This document shows positions 41,031 through 52,370 of a stretch of DNA of 64,000 bases, piece after piece. This DNA is from Paludibacter sp. (GTDB lineage Bacteria > Bacteroidota > Bacteroidia > Bacteroidales > Paludibacteraceae): positions 6,713 through 70,712 of the forward strand of contig JAQUYE010000003.1 of the NCBI GenBank assembly GCA_028691965.1. The letters are read 5' to 3'. A model generated the notes under the pieces. That model had not been told where the DNA came from. It did no database searches and saw nothing but the letters and a program-made list of their open reading frames with translations. The first letter of the stretch is position 1, and each line of letters opens with the position of its first letter. Position numbers and translations under genes: made by a program.

Positions 41031-41701
41031 TAACTAGCTAGTTTATCCAACCATTGTACACCCTCCTGAGGATCACGTCCGTATCCATCTGCACCAACTG
41101 ATTTTGCAAAATCAGCACTTAACGGAGCTCCGCCAACAATTACTTTTGTTGCAGGCGAAACTTCTCTGATAGCAGTAATAACCTGTGGTATATTCACCAT
41201 GGTTGTAGTCAACAGAGCAGAAATACCTACCACAGCGTCGGGATACAATTTTAATGTTTCAATAAACTTTTCAGTCTTTACATCCACACCCAGGTCAACT
41301 ACCTCCCAGCCGGCTCCTTCCACCATCATGCTTAACAGGTTTTTTCCAATATCATGCAAATCGCCAAACACAGTTCCAACAATAAACGTTCCTTTGCGTT
41401 TCACTGCTCCGGAGCTGAAATAAGGTTTTAAGTGAGCCATGGCTGCACTCATGGATTTTGCCGACAACAACATCTGTGGAACAAATATCTTATTTTCACT
41501 GAACTTCTGACCTACCTTATTCATGGATGCTATCAACGCATCATACAGTATAACATTCGGATCGTACCCCTGTTCTAAGGCTAATTTGGTTAACTCATCA
41601 CTGCCGGGCTGGCCTTTCATCGTTGCAGGATACGGTGAAGCCTCATTAATCTTCCCGAACTCAACACAAGTAAAAATCTGTTCAATTAGCTGTGTATTCA
41701 T
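41030..41701 (-). CDS. Corrinoid (B12-binding) methyl-carrier protein, MtaC/MttC-like
   Basis: Cap domain (MNKVGQKF...FVPQML), DLHDIG (DxHxxG), DLGVDV, SALLTTT, VGGAP. Confidence 0.93.
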   Translation of the reverse strand: MNTQLIEQIFTCVEFGKINEASPYPATMKGQPGSDELTKLALEQGYDPNVILYDALIASMNKVGQKFSENKIFVPQMLLSAKSMSAAMAHLKPYFSSGAVKRKGTFIVGTVFGDLHDIGKNLLSMMVEGAGWEVVDLGVDVKTEKFIETLKLYPDAVVGISALLTTTMVNIPQVITAIREVSPATKVIVGGAPLSADFAKSVGADGYGRDPQEGVQWLDKLAS

Positions 41702-41723
41702 ATAATGTATTTTTCATTAAATA

Positions 41724-42779
41724 TTAAAATGTACTTCCATACGCTATAATGACGGATGAAATGAATAAAAGTACTAAGGCTAATCCCAATATCCGATAGG
41801 TCGACCTTTGTACCTGTTTCCACTCTTTCATAATAACACCCACAATATAGCTGAAAAAGATAAGCATCGTCATGTGTAAAACCCAGCTTATAAACTGAAA
41901 TTCGCCCATCTGAACGTGCCCCAATCCGTAGAAAAAGAACTGACCGGTCCATAAGGTGCCGGCAAGTGCCGACCAGCCATAATTTTCCAATAGTCGTGCA
42001 GATGCCCCCTTTTTAGTTGCCTTCCTGGTATCAGAAGAACTTATTGATAAAAGTTCACCTAATGTTCCTTGTTTAATTCCTGCAACCACAAACCAGATAA
42101 GGTTGACTACAAAACAACCTGAAGTAGAAACAATCAATTTAGCATTCCCTTCAAAATGCCCGGCACCCCGTTCTGCTGCCAGGTCGGCTATCGGCTGACC
42201 GGCTTCCAGTGAGATATTAAATACTGCCGATAACAAGCCACCCAAAATTGCAAGTGTTAACCCAACAGGCATGTTAAATCCCAATTTATTCTCTCCCAGG
42301 TCTTTTTCTTTTCTGAATCCTGCCAAACCACTTAGAGCAACTCCGATTACGGCGATTACCATCCCAAGCAACACCAACCCGCTACCAGGTTTCGAAAAAT
42401 AATGCTGAAGAGTTCCATGCATGATTAAAGGGACTAGTGTACCTAAAATTGCCGAAAGTCCGATGCTGATCGTATAGGTCAACGAATACCCGATTTTTTG
42501 AATGGCAAATCCGAAGGACATACCACCAAAGCCGTAAATTGCGCCCAGTAGAAAAGCGTTTCGCACACTTTCTTTCGGAGCATCCGTAAGTACATGAAAG
42601 AAATCCGGCACTGTTGTCCACCCGATTAGCAGGGGAATCAGCAACCAGGCAAAGAGCGATTGTACCAACCAAAAGGTACCCCACGACCACTGCCGGGTTT
42701 TCTGAGAAGGCAAGTAACACATAGAAGCAGAGGCACCTCCTACAGCATGTAAAAAAGTTCCTAAAATTGGATTATTCAT
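41724..42779 (-). CDS. rhaT: RhaT-family L-rhamnose/6-deoxyhexose:H+ symporter
   Basis: About 10 TM helices; WSWGTFWLV, GAIYGFGGMSFG, IGYSL, GTLVP, QFFFYGLG, SWVLHM, MKEWK. Confidence 0.85.
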   Translation of the reverse strand: MNNPILGTFLHAVGGASASMCYLPSQKTRQWSWGTFWLVQSLFAWLLIPLLIGWTTVPDFFHVLTDAPKESVRNAFLLGAIYGFGGMSFGFAIQKIGYSLTYTISIGLSAILGTLVPLIMHGTLQHYFSKPGSGLVLLGMVIAVIGVALSGLAGFRKEKDLGENKLGFNMPVGLTLAILGGLLSAVFNISLEAGQPIADLAAERGAGHFEGNAKLIVSTSGCFVVNLIWFVVAGIKQGTLGELLSISSSDTRKATKKGASARLLENYGWSALAGTLWTGQFFFYGLGHVQMGEFQFISWVLHMTMLIFFSYIVGVIMKEWKQVQRSTYRILGLALVLLFISSVIIAYGSTF

Positions 42780-42789
42780 AGTACGAATG

Positions 42790-43113
42790 CTAACAGGTAA
42801 ATATTTCTTCCATGTCCGACCAAAACTCTCCCGGCAAACGATCGTCGAGTGGCTCCATTAAGGGTTTCACAGCTTCCCACCATTTCTGAGTAGCCTTATC
42901 TGCAGCCATAGCAGCCATATCCTTTTCAAAGTCATCGCCCACATATTCAAAACAGGCAAAAAGATTCAATCCCCGTTTAAAGATGGAATAATTACGGATG
43001 TTACTCCGGTAAATCTGGTCCACTACTCCCGGCCATGGTTCAGCATGTAAGCGAACGTATTCCGCTTCTCCTTCGGCTTTTAACCGAATCATTTGTCCGA
43101 TTTTCTTCATCAT
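42790..43113 (-). CDS. rhaM: L-rhamnose/L-fucose mutarotase (RhaM/RhaU family)
   Basis: EYVRLH..WP, IRNYSIF, TQKWW, WSDMEEIF. Confidence 0.85.
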   Translation of the reverse strand: MMKKIGQMIRLKAEGEAEYVRLHAEPWPGVVDQIYRSNIRNYSIFKRGLNLFACFEYVGDDFEKDMAAMAADKATQKWWEAVKPLMEPLDDRLPGEFWSDMEEIFTC

Positions 43114-44147
43114 ATCGTCAGGGCATTAAAAAGGGCTTGTACATTAGCCGGGGGTATATCCGGCAAAATTGCTTCGTGACTCGGAGAGATAATAAGTCCC
43201 GTGGGAAAGAGTTCTTTTAGTTCATGTACTTTATCTTCCACCTGTTGAGGAGTACCGTGTACCAACAAATGTTGTGCATCCACACCACCACAAAAAGCAG
43301 TTTTACCACCGAAAGCAGCTTTCAGCGTCGGAGCATCCATATCTTTCGCCAGTGCCTGAATTGGATGAATAGCATCAACACCCAGTTCTATAAGATCGTC
43401 AATAATCGGATAGATCGACCCGCACGAATGATGGATTACCTTTAATCCATAACTCTTCGCCTGATCAACGAGCAGCTTAGTGCCCGGAAAAACCATGGTT
43501 CTCAACGAATCCGGATCGACCATCAGTCCGTTTTGCGATCCAAAATCATTTCCAATCAGCACTGCATCAAGATAACCCCTGGTCGCTTCGTAATAGATTT
43601 CATTTGCCCGTAAATAAAAAGCTGTTATTTTATCAATCACGGCAGTAAACATCTCCGGATTCATCAACATAACCATCAGGGCTTTTTCCATTCCGAACGC
43701 CGAACATGCATCCTGAAAATGGGCCGACCACATAACTCCCATTCGCGCATACTTTTCATCAATAGCCTTTGCCATTGCAGCAGCTTCATTACGATCTATA
43801 TACCTGGCGGGATCGGGCCAGTCAAACTTATCAACATCAGCAGGATCTTCGTAATCTTCGAAAAAACCCGGTGCTGTTAAGGTGCGCTCATCCGGAGTAT
43901 CGTCGTGGTTCACTTTCGCAAACTTAAAAGCACAGGCAATATGATTGGAAGGAGGATAATGATACGGAACTTCCAACGGATAAATATCATCATCCAGTAA
44001 AAGCTTCAATGCATCAATTGAATTAACTCCGAAGTGAGAAAAAAGGCCTTGCTGTGCTGCAGGTACCGGCAATCCTAACCAGGAGGCGGGCCGGTCGACA
44101 GGAGCATTGGCAAGTGTGGCTAAAAATCGTTCTTTGTGTGTCATCAT
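43110..44147 (-). CDS. URO-D-fold methyltransferase (candidate substrate:corrinoid MT1)
   Basis: MTHKERF..VDRP, GNDFGSQ, HHSCG, GVDAIHPIQ, FCGGVDAQ, SPSH. Confidence 0.8.
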   Translation of the reverse strand: MMTHKERFLATLANAPVDRPASWLGLPVPAAQQGLFSHFGVNSIDALKLLLDDDIYPLEVPYHYPPSNHIACAFKFAKVNHDDTPDERTLTAPGFFEDYEDPADVDKFDWPDPARYIDRNEAAAMAKAIDEKYARMGVMWSAHFQDACSAFGMEKALMVMLMNPEMFTAVIDKITAFYLRANEIYYEATRGYLDAVLIGNDFGSQNGLMVDPDSLRTMVFPGTKLLVDQAKSYGLKVIHHSCGSIYPIIDDLIELGVDAIHPIQALAKDMDAPTLKAAFGGKTAFCGGVDAQHLLVHGTPQQVEDKVHELKELFPTGLIISPSHEAILPDIPPANVQALFNALTI

Positions 44148-44164
44148 GGAATAAAACTATTATC

Positions 44165-45229
44165 TTACCGGTATCGGTCAATTATGGAAACTGCCTTGTC
44201 AATGTCGGCTTCGTTCTTAAAATCCACATTAATATGTAATCCCTGATTCCCGACATTATCCAGTAAAGGCTCCAGTTCATCAAGAGTAACCCAGTTGGCC
44301 ATTACCGATTTTCCTCCGGCTAAAATGCGCTTGTACAACTCATACCAACGGGGATCTCCTCCCTGAGGCTGACCGTAACCGGGTGTCCACTGAATAGCAT
44401 TCAACTCCTTTAACTCCAGTAATGCATCCAGGTGGCGAATGGCATCAACGCCATCAAGATGATACAAGGTGTAATCGATTTTTTCGGTTTGCTCTTTCAA
44501 ATAGGGGATTGAAAAGTTGCGGAAATCATCTTCACTGATCATAATTGATAAGTCAGTCTGAAGTTTCGATACTTTTCCCGGGGCCCACAGCGAAAAGTAA
44601 CAAAAAGCCATCTCTCCTTCTACCTGTATAATATCATATAGCTCGTCGAAAACCTTAAAGTAAGTTTCATTTACCTTGCGGAGTTGTTCGTGTGTTCCAT
44701 CCGGATCGAGTATCATATCCATCATCACATTATCCGGTCCTTTCAGACTGGCAAGCACATCCAGTCCTTCAACAAGATCAGGGCATCCTACCAGGTAATG
44801 TCCTTGCGAGCGTTTAACACACGCACGTAGCAGATCTTTATGCAATTTCCACCACCGGCTATTCTCATCAAAAACAATGGAACCATCAAAGCCTTCCTGA
44901 TCTCTGATCCAGATGGTATCTTCACGCCCTTCCAGTTCGGCACCGAGAAGAGAAGCCAATGAACCCGGACCAAGCTGGGTATTAGCAACCGGAAGAATAT
45001 CTGCCTTGTACGAATTAACTGACATTGTATAATGCAGGTAATCAGCTCTCCATTCCGGATCAAACCAGAATTGCTCCATATCCTTATGTGGCGCAGGTTT
45101 AGCAACCGGAGCATACGGAGCTCCCTCCTTACGCAGATGCTCCCACATACTCAGTACAATACCTTTGTTATTCCACCAATCGGTATAATGTTTTTTCGTT
45201 TCTTCAAAATTGAGTTTCCAGCTTGTCAT
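44165..45229 (-). CDS. URO-D-like TIM-barrel protein associated with corrinoid proteins (candidate MT1)
   Basis: LGPGSLA, DVLASLKG, LQTDLSIMIS, YHLDG, IQWTPG; no B12 domain. Confidence 0.7.
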   Translation of the reverse strand: MTSWKLNFEETKKHYTDWWNNKGIVLSMWEHLRKEGAPYAPVAKPAPHKDMEQFWFDPEWRADYLHYTMSVNSYKADILPVANTQLGPGSLASLLGAELEGREDTIWIRDQEGFDGSIVFDENSRWWKLHKDLLRACVKRSQGHYLVGCPDLVEGLDVLASLKGPDNVMMDMILDPDGTHEQLRKVNETYFKVFDELYDIIQVEGEMAFCYFSLWAPGKVSKLQTDLSIMISEDDFRNFSIPYLKEQTEKIDYTLYHLDGVDAIRHLDALLELKELNAIQWTPGYGQPQGGDPRWYELYKRILAGGKSVMANWVTLDELEPLLDNVGNQGLHINVDFKNEADIDKAVSIIDRYR

Positions 45230-45230
45230 T

Positions 45231-47456
45231 TTAATATTGTTTGTAGGTGTTACGTGTTAAATCCATTTCATCGGTACAGCTCACTAATTCAGGATACCAG
45301 GGTAAGCGAGCTCCTTTTTTTACATAGACCGGCATTTCATCCAGCGGTACATCCAGATTATTCAACCAGCGTCCTCCACTGTATTCTTTACCACTGAAAA
45401 AATGAATCCACTCCCCTTCAGGCAAATAAACATCCCGGCGCGACTCCGCATTCATGACCGGTGCTACAAGCAGGTCATCACCAAAATAATACTGATCATC
45501 GACCGACCGGCAGGTCCGATCCGTTGGATGATGGAAGTAAAGAGCCCGTAACAAAGGCAACCCATTCCTGACTGACTTCTCACTTTGTTCCACTATATAA
45601 GGTATCAACTGATAGCGAAGGTTCCACCACCGTTTAATAATACCACTCACTGCCGGGAAATGCCAGGGTTCCCGTTTTGAAGAACCATGGTACCTGATAT
45701 GCGATGAGAAAACACCAAATTGCGTCCAGCGAACATACAATTCATCCGGAATAATGGCATTCATAAAGTCGGGCACCCCATGAAACCCAGGTACATCATG
45801 ACTCCAGAAAGCAAATCCCGACAATCCGATTTGCAAGCCCCCTTTTAGCGAACCTGCCAGTCCATCCCACGAGCATGCTGAGTCGCCTCCCCAATGGAGT
45901 GGATAACGCTGACAACCGGCCCAGCCAGCCCTAGCCCAGATGATTCCATCACCGGTCACTTCTTTTGTTATCTCATATGCTGCCTTCTGGTACAATAAAG
46001 GATATAAATTGTGAAGCTGATCCGCATTCATCGAATGATACAGGGCATCAATATGAATATCCTCCCCGAAATCAGTTTTAATACATACGACTCCCATATC
46101 GAGCAAATTCTTCAGCAAACCCTTGTACCATGCTGTAGCTTTATCGTAGGTAAAATCAATAGTACCGGCATAATCCTGAACCGAGAAATTAGATCCCCCC
46201 GAGATACGACGTTCACTTTTGCTTATATAACTATTAGCATCAGCTTCTTCGTATTGTTCTGCATTATAGGCTATATAGGGTAATTGCCACAGACTCACCC
46301 GATATCCGTTATCCCTGAGCTTTTGTATAAAGTTACGGGGATCAGGAAATCGCTCTTCGTTGAACTTCCATTCACACAACCAGTCGGTTTCAAACCATCC
46401 GGTATCCAGGTGAATCACGTCACAGGGATATTCTTCAACGCGCATTCTGTCACAAATCGCTGTCACTTCATCAGCCGAAAAGTAAGTCATACGACTCATC
46501 CAGACGCCGAAGCTCCACAGGGGAGGAATAGCCGGGAAGCCGGTGAGCTGATGATACCCACGGATAATGTCAGCAGGCGAATCTCCCCCAATCAGGAACA
46601 GGTCAATCGACGGTTCATCCACCAGTAACTGGACCGAACGGGTTGAATGATCAGCAAACGAAAATTTGGCATAGGAGGACGTATGTAAGAACACACCATA
46701 CTGCTCGGAACTCAGGTAAAAAGGAATATTTTTATAGGCTCTGCGATTATTAACACCCTGTCCATCCTGATTCCTTAACTGAACCGTTTTACCCGACAAG
46801 TCAATATGTCCGAAGCGTTCACCGGATCCGTAAAAAGATTCATCCGGTTTACAGTAAAACGAAGCAGTAGTACGGACAGGCACTCCCTCCCGCTCTATAA
46901 AAGCAAGCGGAAAAGCATCATGACGGGTAGGCCCGAACATATCGTAGCCATTTAACCTAACAGGATGAATGCCATCGGGATAAAAGGTAATCTGAATGGT
47001 CTCATCCGGTCCCGGCTGCAAATCACTCCACCAGTCAACCGGAGCAGTTGCATACGACAAAGATGCACGCAGGCGGTTTTCAGTATCCCGGATTTCGTAG
47101 CCCTCATTCATTTCTACAACCGTTAAGGCCGGATAATCCAACGCAGCATCAAACTGCAACATTTCAGAAGAAGGGGGTGTTGCCGGCAATTTCTCCTTAT
47201 TATTGTGCAACATGCTTACCCTCAACATCGCGTTATTGATGGCCTGTATACGCAACACCCTGTTTTTACGTACTCCGGAAGCATCCACTTTTATTTCATT
47301 CGAATTTTCCTGTAAGGCAAAGGGAATGGTAATATAAACACAACCTTCATGCTGAACCGGCATTTCTGGCCGGCAAGCTTTCCAAAGTCGCTCCTTTCCA
47401 TCAAAAACGGGAGCTATATCTAAAAAATCAACTAAGTGGTAATTTGTTTGTCGCAT
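45231..47456 (-). CDS. Cytoplasmic GH31 alpha-xylosidase (YicI-like)
   Basis: YGSGERF, YKNIPF, HLDTGW, nucleophile motif KTDFGE, HWGGD, WSHD, YVRWTQFG; no signal peptide. Confidence 0.9.
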   Translation of the reverse strand: MRQTNYHLVDFLDIAPVFDGKERLWKACRPEMPVQHEGCVYITIPFALQENSNEIKVDASGVRKNRVLRIQAINNAMLRVSMLHNNKEKLPATPPSSEMLQFDAALDYPALTVVEMNEGYEIRDTENRLRASLSYATAPVDWWSDLQPGPDETIQITFYPDGIHPVRLNGYDMFGPTRHDAFPLAFIEREGVPVRTTASFYCKPDESFYGSGERFGHIDLSGKTVQLRNQDGQGVNNRRAYKNIPFYLSSEQYGVFLHTSSYAKFSFADHSTRSVQLLVDEPSIDLFLIGGDSPADIIRGYHQLTGFPAIPPLWSFGVWMSRMTYFSADEVTAICDRMRVEEYPCDVIHLDTGWFETDWLCEWKFNEERFPDPRNFIQKLRDNGYRVSLWQLPYIAYNAEQYEEADANSYISKSERRISGGSNFSVQDYAGTIDFTYDKATAWYKGLLKNLLDMGVVCIKTDFGEDIHIDALYHSMNADQLHNLYPLLYQKAAYEITKEVTGDGIIWARAGWAGCQRYPLHWGGDSACSWDGLAGSLKGGLQIGLSGFAFWSHDVPGFHGVPDFMNAIIPDELYVRWTQFGVFSSHIRYHGSSKREPWHFPAVSGIIKRWWNLRYQLIPYIVEQSEKSVRNGLPLLRALYFHHPTDRTCRSVDDQYYFGDDLLVAPVMNAESRRDVYLPEGEWIHFFSGKEYSGGRWLNNLDVPLDEMPVYVKKGARLPWYPELVSCTDEMDLTRNTYKQY

Positions 47457-47647
47457 AGGTGTGAAGTGTGAATCGTTGTATAGAATGACGATTAACCTTT
47501 AATAATGTACCAGATATAAGGAAAAGATTCCTTAATAATCTGAAATCTATTGGAGAACGCCGGCAGTATCTATCAATTAGTCCTTTTTAATTTTCAGATT
47601 CCATTTTTTTTTACGAAATTTGCGGGCTTAAAATGCACTATTTTTAA

Positions 47648-49264
<1,617 letters not shown>

Positions 49265-49280
49265 CATCAATTATTTCTCA

Positions 49281-51242
49281 ATGGATAAAAATACGATTCT
49301 CGGCTTTGTTCTTATCATCGGAATCCTGATCGGCTTTTCGCTGCTCAACCGTCCGAGCGAAGAAGACATTGCCCGTCAACAAGCTTACAACGATTCAATC
49401 AGTGCTCTCCATCAGGCCCAACTTGAAGCTGAAGCAGCAACAGCTGCTTTACGTCAGGCTGAGCTGGCTCAGTTACCTGCCGATTCCACAGATAAGGATT
49501 CAATTCTGATTGAACAAGCCCTTTCTTCTTACGGAGATTTCCGTCCTGCAGCTCAGGGACAGGAACAAAAGTTTATGCTGGAAAACGACCTGGTACGCCT
49601 TACCATTAGCAGCAAAGGTGCACAGGTAGTATCGGCGCAATTAAAAAATTATACTTCTCAGGACTCTTCCGATGTTGAGTTATTTAACGATGAAGAAGCG
49701 AATTATAGTTTCACACTTGCCCTTCGTAACAATCACATCGTAAACACAGGTGATATGTATTTCGTTCCAACCGGCGACATACAAAAAGACGAGGAAGGCA
49801 ATCAAACACTTACGCTGCGTCTGCAATCTCAGAACGAAGCCAGTATGGATTTTGTATACACGCTGCCTGCAGATGATTACATGCTTGACTTTGCAATTCG
49901 TTCCAACCAGATGAATACAATCATGCCACTGGGCTCCAATTACATGATATTCAACTGGAATGCAAAGATTCGTCAACAGGAAAAAGGACGTCAGTTTGAA
50001 GAACGTTATTCAACACTCAGCTACAAATACGTAGCCGATGATGTGGAGAACCTGAGTGCTGCAAAAGATGATGATAAGAAAGTCGCCAATAAAGTTAAGT
50101 GGGTAGCATTCAAAGATCAATTCTTCAGCTCGGTAATCATTGCCGATACCGAATTCAGTAACAGCAACCTTGAAAGCAAAGTAGAACCTAAAGAAAGTGG
50201 TTACCTTAAAACCTACAAAGCGGAGATGCAAGTCGACCTGGCAGCTGCAACTGCAGGAGGCAACTGGGAAGACGTGAATTTCCGGTTCTACTTCGGACCG
50301 AACAAATACAAAATCTTATCCGATTACGATAAAGGAGTCCCTTCCGACGAAAAGCTAAAACTACGCAACCTGGTTCCACTGGGCTGGGGTATTTTCGGTT
50401 GGGTGAACCGATTCGCTATCATCCCGATGTTTAATCTCTTCAGCCGTTTCATTGATAATTTCGGGATCATTATCCTGCTGATGACCGTCGTTATTAAACT
50501 CGTACTGTATCCGCTCACCTACAAATCGTATGTGTCGAGTGCTAAGATGCGCGTATTAAAACCTGAAATTGATGAGATTAATGCACGTATTCCTGCCGAT
50601 AAAGCAGCTGAACGACAGAAAGCTACCATGGAGTTATACGGAAAAGTAGGTGTTAGTCCTTTTAGCGGCTGTCTGCCTACCTTGCTTCAAATGCCGATTC
50701 TGTTTGCTATGTTCAGCTTCTTCCCTGCTTCTATCGAACTTAGAGGGGAGAGCTTCCTTTGGGCCAAAGACCTTTCTGCTTATGATGCTATCGTTAGCTG
50801 GAATGCCTACATCCCTTTAATCACACCCTATTTTGGCAACCACATCAGCTTGTTTACACTCTTAATGACTGTAGCTACCCTGATATCGACAAAGTTGAAT
50901 ATGGCCAACACAGCTACTCCTGATCAGCCGGGTGCCGGCATGATGAAGTGGATGATGTACCTGATGCCCGTCATGTTTATGTTTATCTTTAACAATTACG
51001 CTTCCGGTTTGAGCTATTATTATTTTGTATCTACCCTGATTTCCATCGGACAGACCTACGCTATCCGCGCATCGGTCGACGAAAAGAAATTGCTGGCTCA
51101 GCTACATGCTAAACGGGCAACTAACTCGTCGAAGAAACAACCCGAAACAGCCAAAAAGAAATTAGGCTTTATGGAAAGACTGGAAAAAATGCAGAAAGAA
51201 CAGGAAAAGATGATGCGTGAACGTAACAAAAAGAAACGGTAA
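49281..51242 (+). CDS. yidC: Membrane protein insertase YidC
   Basis: N-terminal TM, periplasmic beta domain, YFGP, GCLPTLLQMPI, FLWAKDLS, GLSYYY. Confidence 0.96.
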   Translation: MDKNTILGFVLIIGILIGFSLLNRPSEEDIARQQAYNDSISALHQAQLEAEAATAALRQAELAQLPADSTDKDSILIEQALSSYGDFRPAAQGQEQKFMLENDLVRLTISSKGAQVVSAQLKNYTSQDSSDVELFNDEEANYSFTLALRNNHIVNTGDMYFVPTGDIQKDEEGNQTLTLRLQSQNEASMDFVYTLPADDYMLDFAIRSNQMNTIMPLGSNYMIFNWNAKIRQQEKGRQFEERYSTLSYKYVADDVENLSAAKDDDKKVANKVKWVAFKDQFFSSVIIADTEFSNSNLESKVEPKESGYLKTYKAEMQVDLAAATAGGNWEDVNFRFYFGPNKYKILSDYDKGVPSDEKLKLRNLVPLGWGIFGWVNRFAIIPMFNLFSRFIDNFGIIILLMTVVIKLVLYPLTYKSYVSSAKMRVLKPEIDEINARIPADKAAERQKATMELYGKVGVSPFSGCLPTLLQMPILFAMFSFFPASIELRGESFLWAKDLSAYDAIVSWNAYIPLITPYFGNHISLFTLLMTVATLISTKLNMANTATPDQPGAGMMKWMMYLMPVMFMFIFNNYASGLSYYYFVSTLISIGQTYAIRASVDEKKLLAQLHAKRATNSSKKQPETAKKKLGFMERLEKMQKEQEKMMRERNKKKR

Positions 51243-51263
51243 GCATTACTTTCCAGGATAATA

Positions 51264-51309
51264 GGGTGCAGGAATGAGAATGAGAGAATTCCTTTCCTGC
51301 ACTTTTTTT
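51264..51309 (+). terminator. Intrinsic terminator after yidC
   Basis: GTGCAGGAA/TTCCTGCAC stem followed by TTTTTTT. Confidence 0.75.
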
Positions 51310-51334
51310 ATACTAACCTACTACCTACACTACT

Positions 51335-52366
51335 ATGAAAAAAATCTTCCTGCTGCTCATTGGAGTAGCAATTACTGCTGTGCTATCCGCTCAGGTCGCT
51401 GATTCACTGTCGTCACACAGCAAATCAGTCTTCAGGGTTATGTGCTATAATGTTGAGAATCTCTTCGATCTCGACGACGACAGCTTAACCCGCGACGAAG
51501 AATACCTGCCGGGACAGCTTCGTGGATGGAGTTACACCCGCTACCGACGTAAACAGGTAAACATTGCCAGGGCAATCGTTTCGTGCGGATGGGAACCTCC
51601 GGCACTCGTCGGACTCTGTGAGGTTGAAAGTCAACAGGCATTAAAAGACTTAACGTGCTATTCACCCATGAAAAGTCTCAACTACCGTTTCGTGCACTAT
51701 GAATCGCCCGATGCCCGGGGAATAGATGTTGCCCTACTCTATCAACCACTGTTCTTTCGGCCCCTTTTCCACAAGCCGGTTGCAATCTGCTTCCCCCATG
51801 CTCCTCTTACCAGGACACGGGATATATTGTATGTGATGGGCAAGATTCCTACAGGCGACACCTTACATTGCTTTGTCTGTCACTTTCCTTCACGACTGGG
51901 AGGTGAACTGAATTCAGAAATAAACCGTACATTTGTAGCCTCAGTGTTGCGCAGAGAAGTTGATTCATTGCAACGCATTTCAACAGCAACCAACATTTTG
52001 ATAATGGGCGATTTCAACGATTATCCCGATAATAACAGCCTTTGCAAAGTAACAGGAGCAGTTGAAGTTGACAAGGAGGGCGATCTGGTTAATCTTATGT
52101 TTCCGCTTCACCGGGCAGGAAAAGGATCTCACAAATACGAAGGCAAATGGGGAATGCTTGATCAGCTGATTGTTTCCCGCCCTTTGCTCAATCCGGCTTC
52201 AGGATTATACACCTATCCCGATAAAGCCGGGATAATGGAGAACAGCTTTTTGCTCGAGGAAGATACGAAGTATTTTGGATTTAAACCATTTCGAACCTAT
52301 AATGGCATGAAATACCACGGAGGCTATTCCGATCATTTGCCGGTATTCATTGATTTTTATTATTAA
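51335..52366 (+). CDS. Exported endonuclease/exonuclease/phosphatase family protein
   Basis: Signal peptide; YNVENLFD, GLCEVE, HFPSR, MGDFND, DQLIVS, SDHLPV. Confidence 0.9.
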   Translation: MKKIFLLLIGVAITAVLSAQVADSLSSHSKSVFRVMCYNVENLFDLDDDSLTRDEEYLPGQLRGWSYTRYRRKQVNIARAIVSCGWEPPALVGLCEVESQQALKDLTCYSPMKSLNYRFVHYESPDARGIDVALLYQPLFFRPLFHKPVAICFPHAPLTRTRDILYVMGKIPTGDTLHCFVCHFPSRLGGELNSEINRTFVASVLRREVDSLQRISTATNILIMGDFNDYPDNNSLCKVTGAVEVDKEGDLVNLMFPLHRAGKGSHKYEGKWGMLDQLIVSRPLLNPASGLYTYPDKAGIMENSFLLEEDTKYFGFKPFRTYNGMKYHGGYSDHLPVFIDFYY

Positions 52367-52370
52367 CAGT

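Noticed and set aside
39335-41701. Split methionine synthase (MetH)
   Set aside because: No homocysteine-binding or pterin-binding domain gene is present, and the context is sugar catabolism
40032-45229. Calling the URO-D-fold genes hemE (uroporphyrinogen decarboxylase)
   Set aside because: They lack the HemE RQAGRY motif, two have HxC metal motifs, and they cluster with a corrinoid protein rather than heme genes
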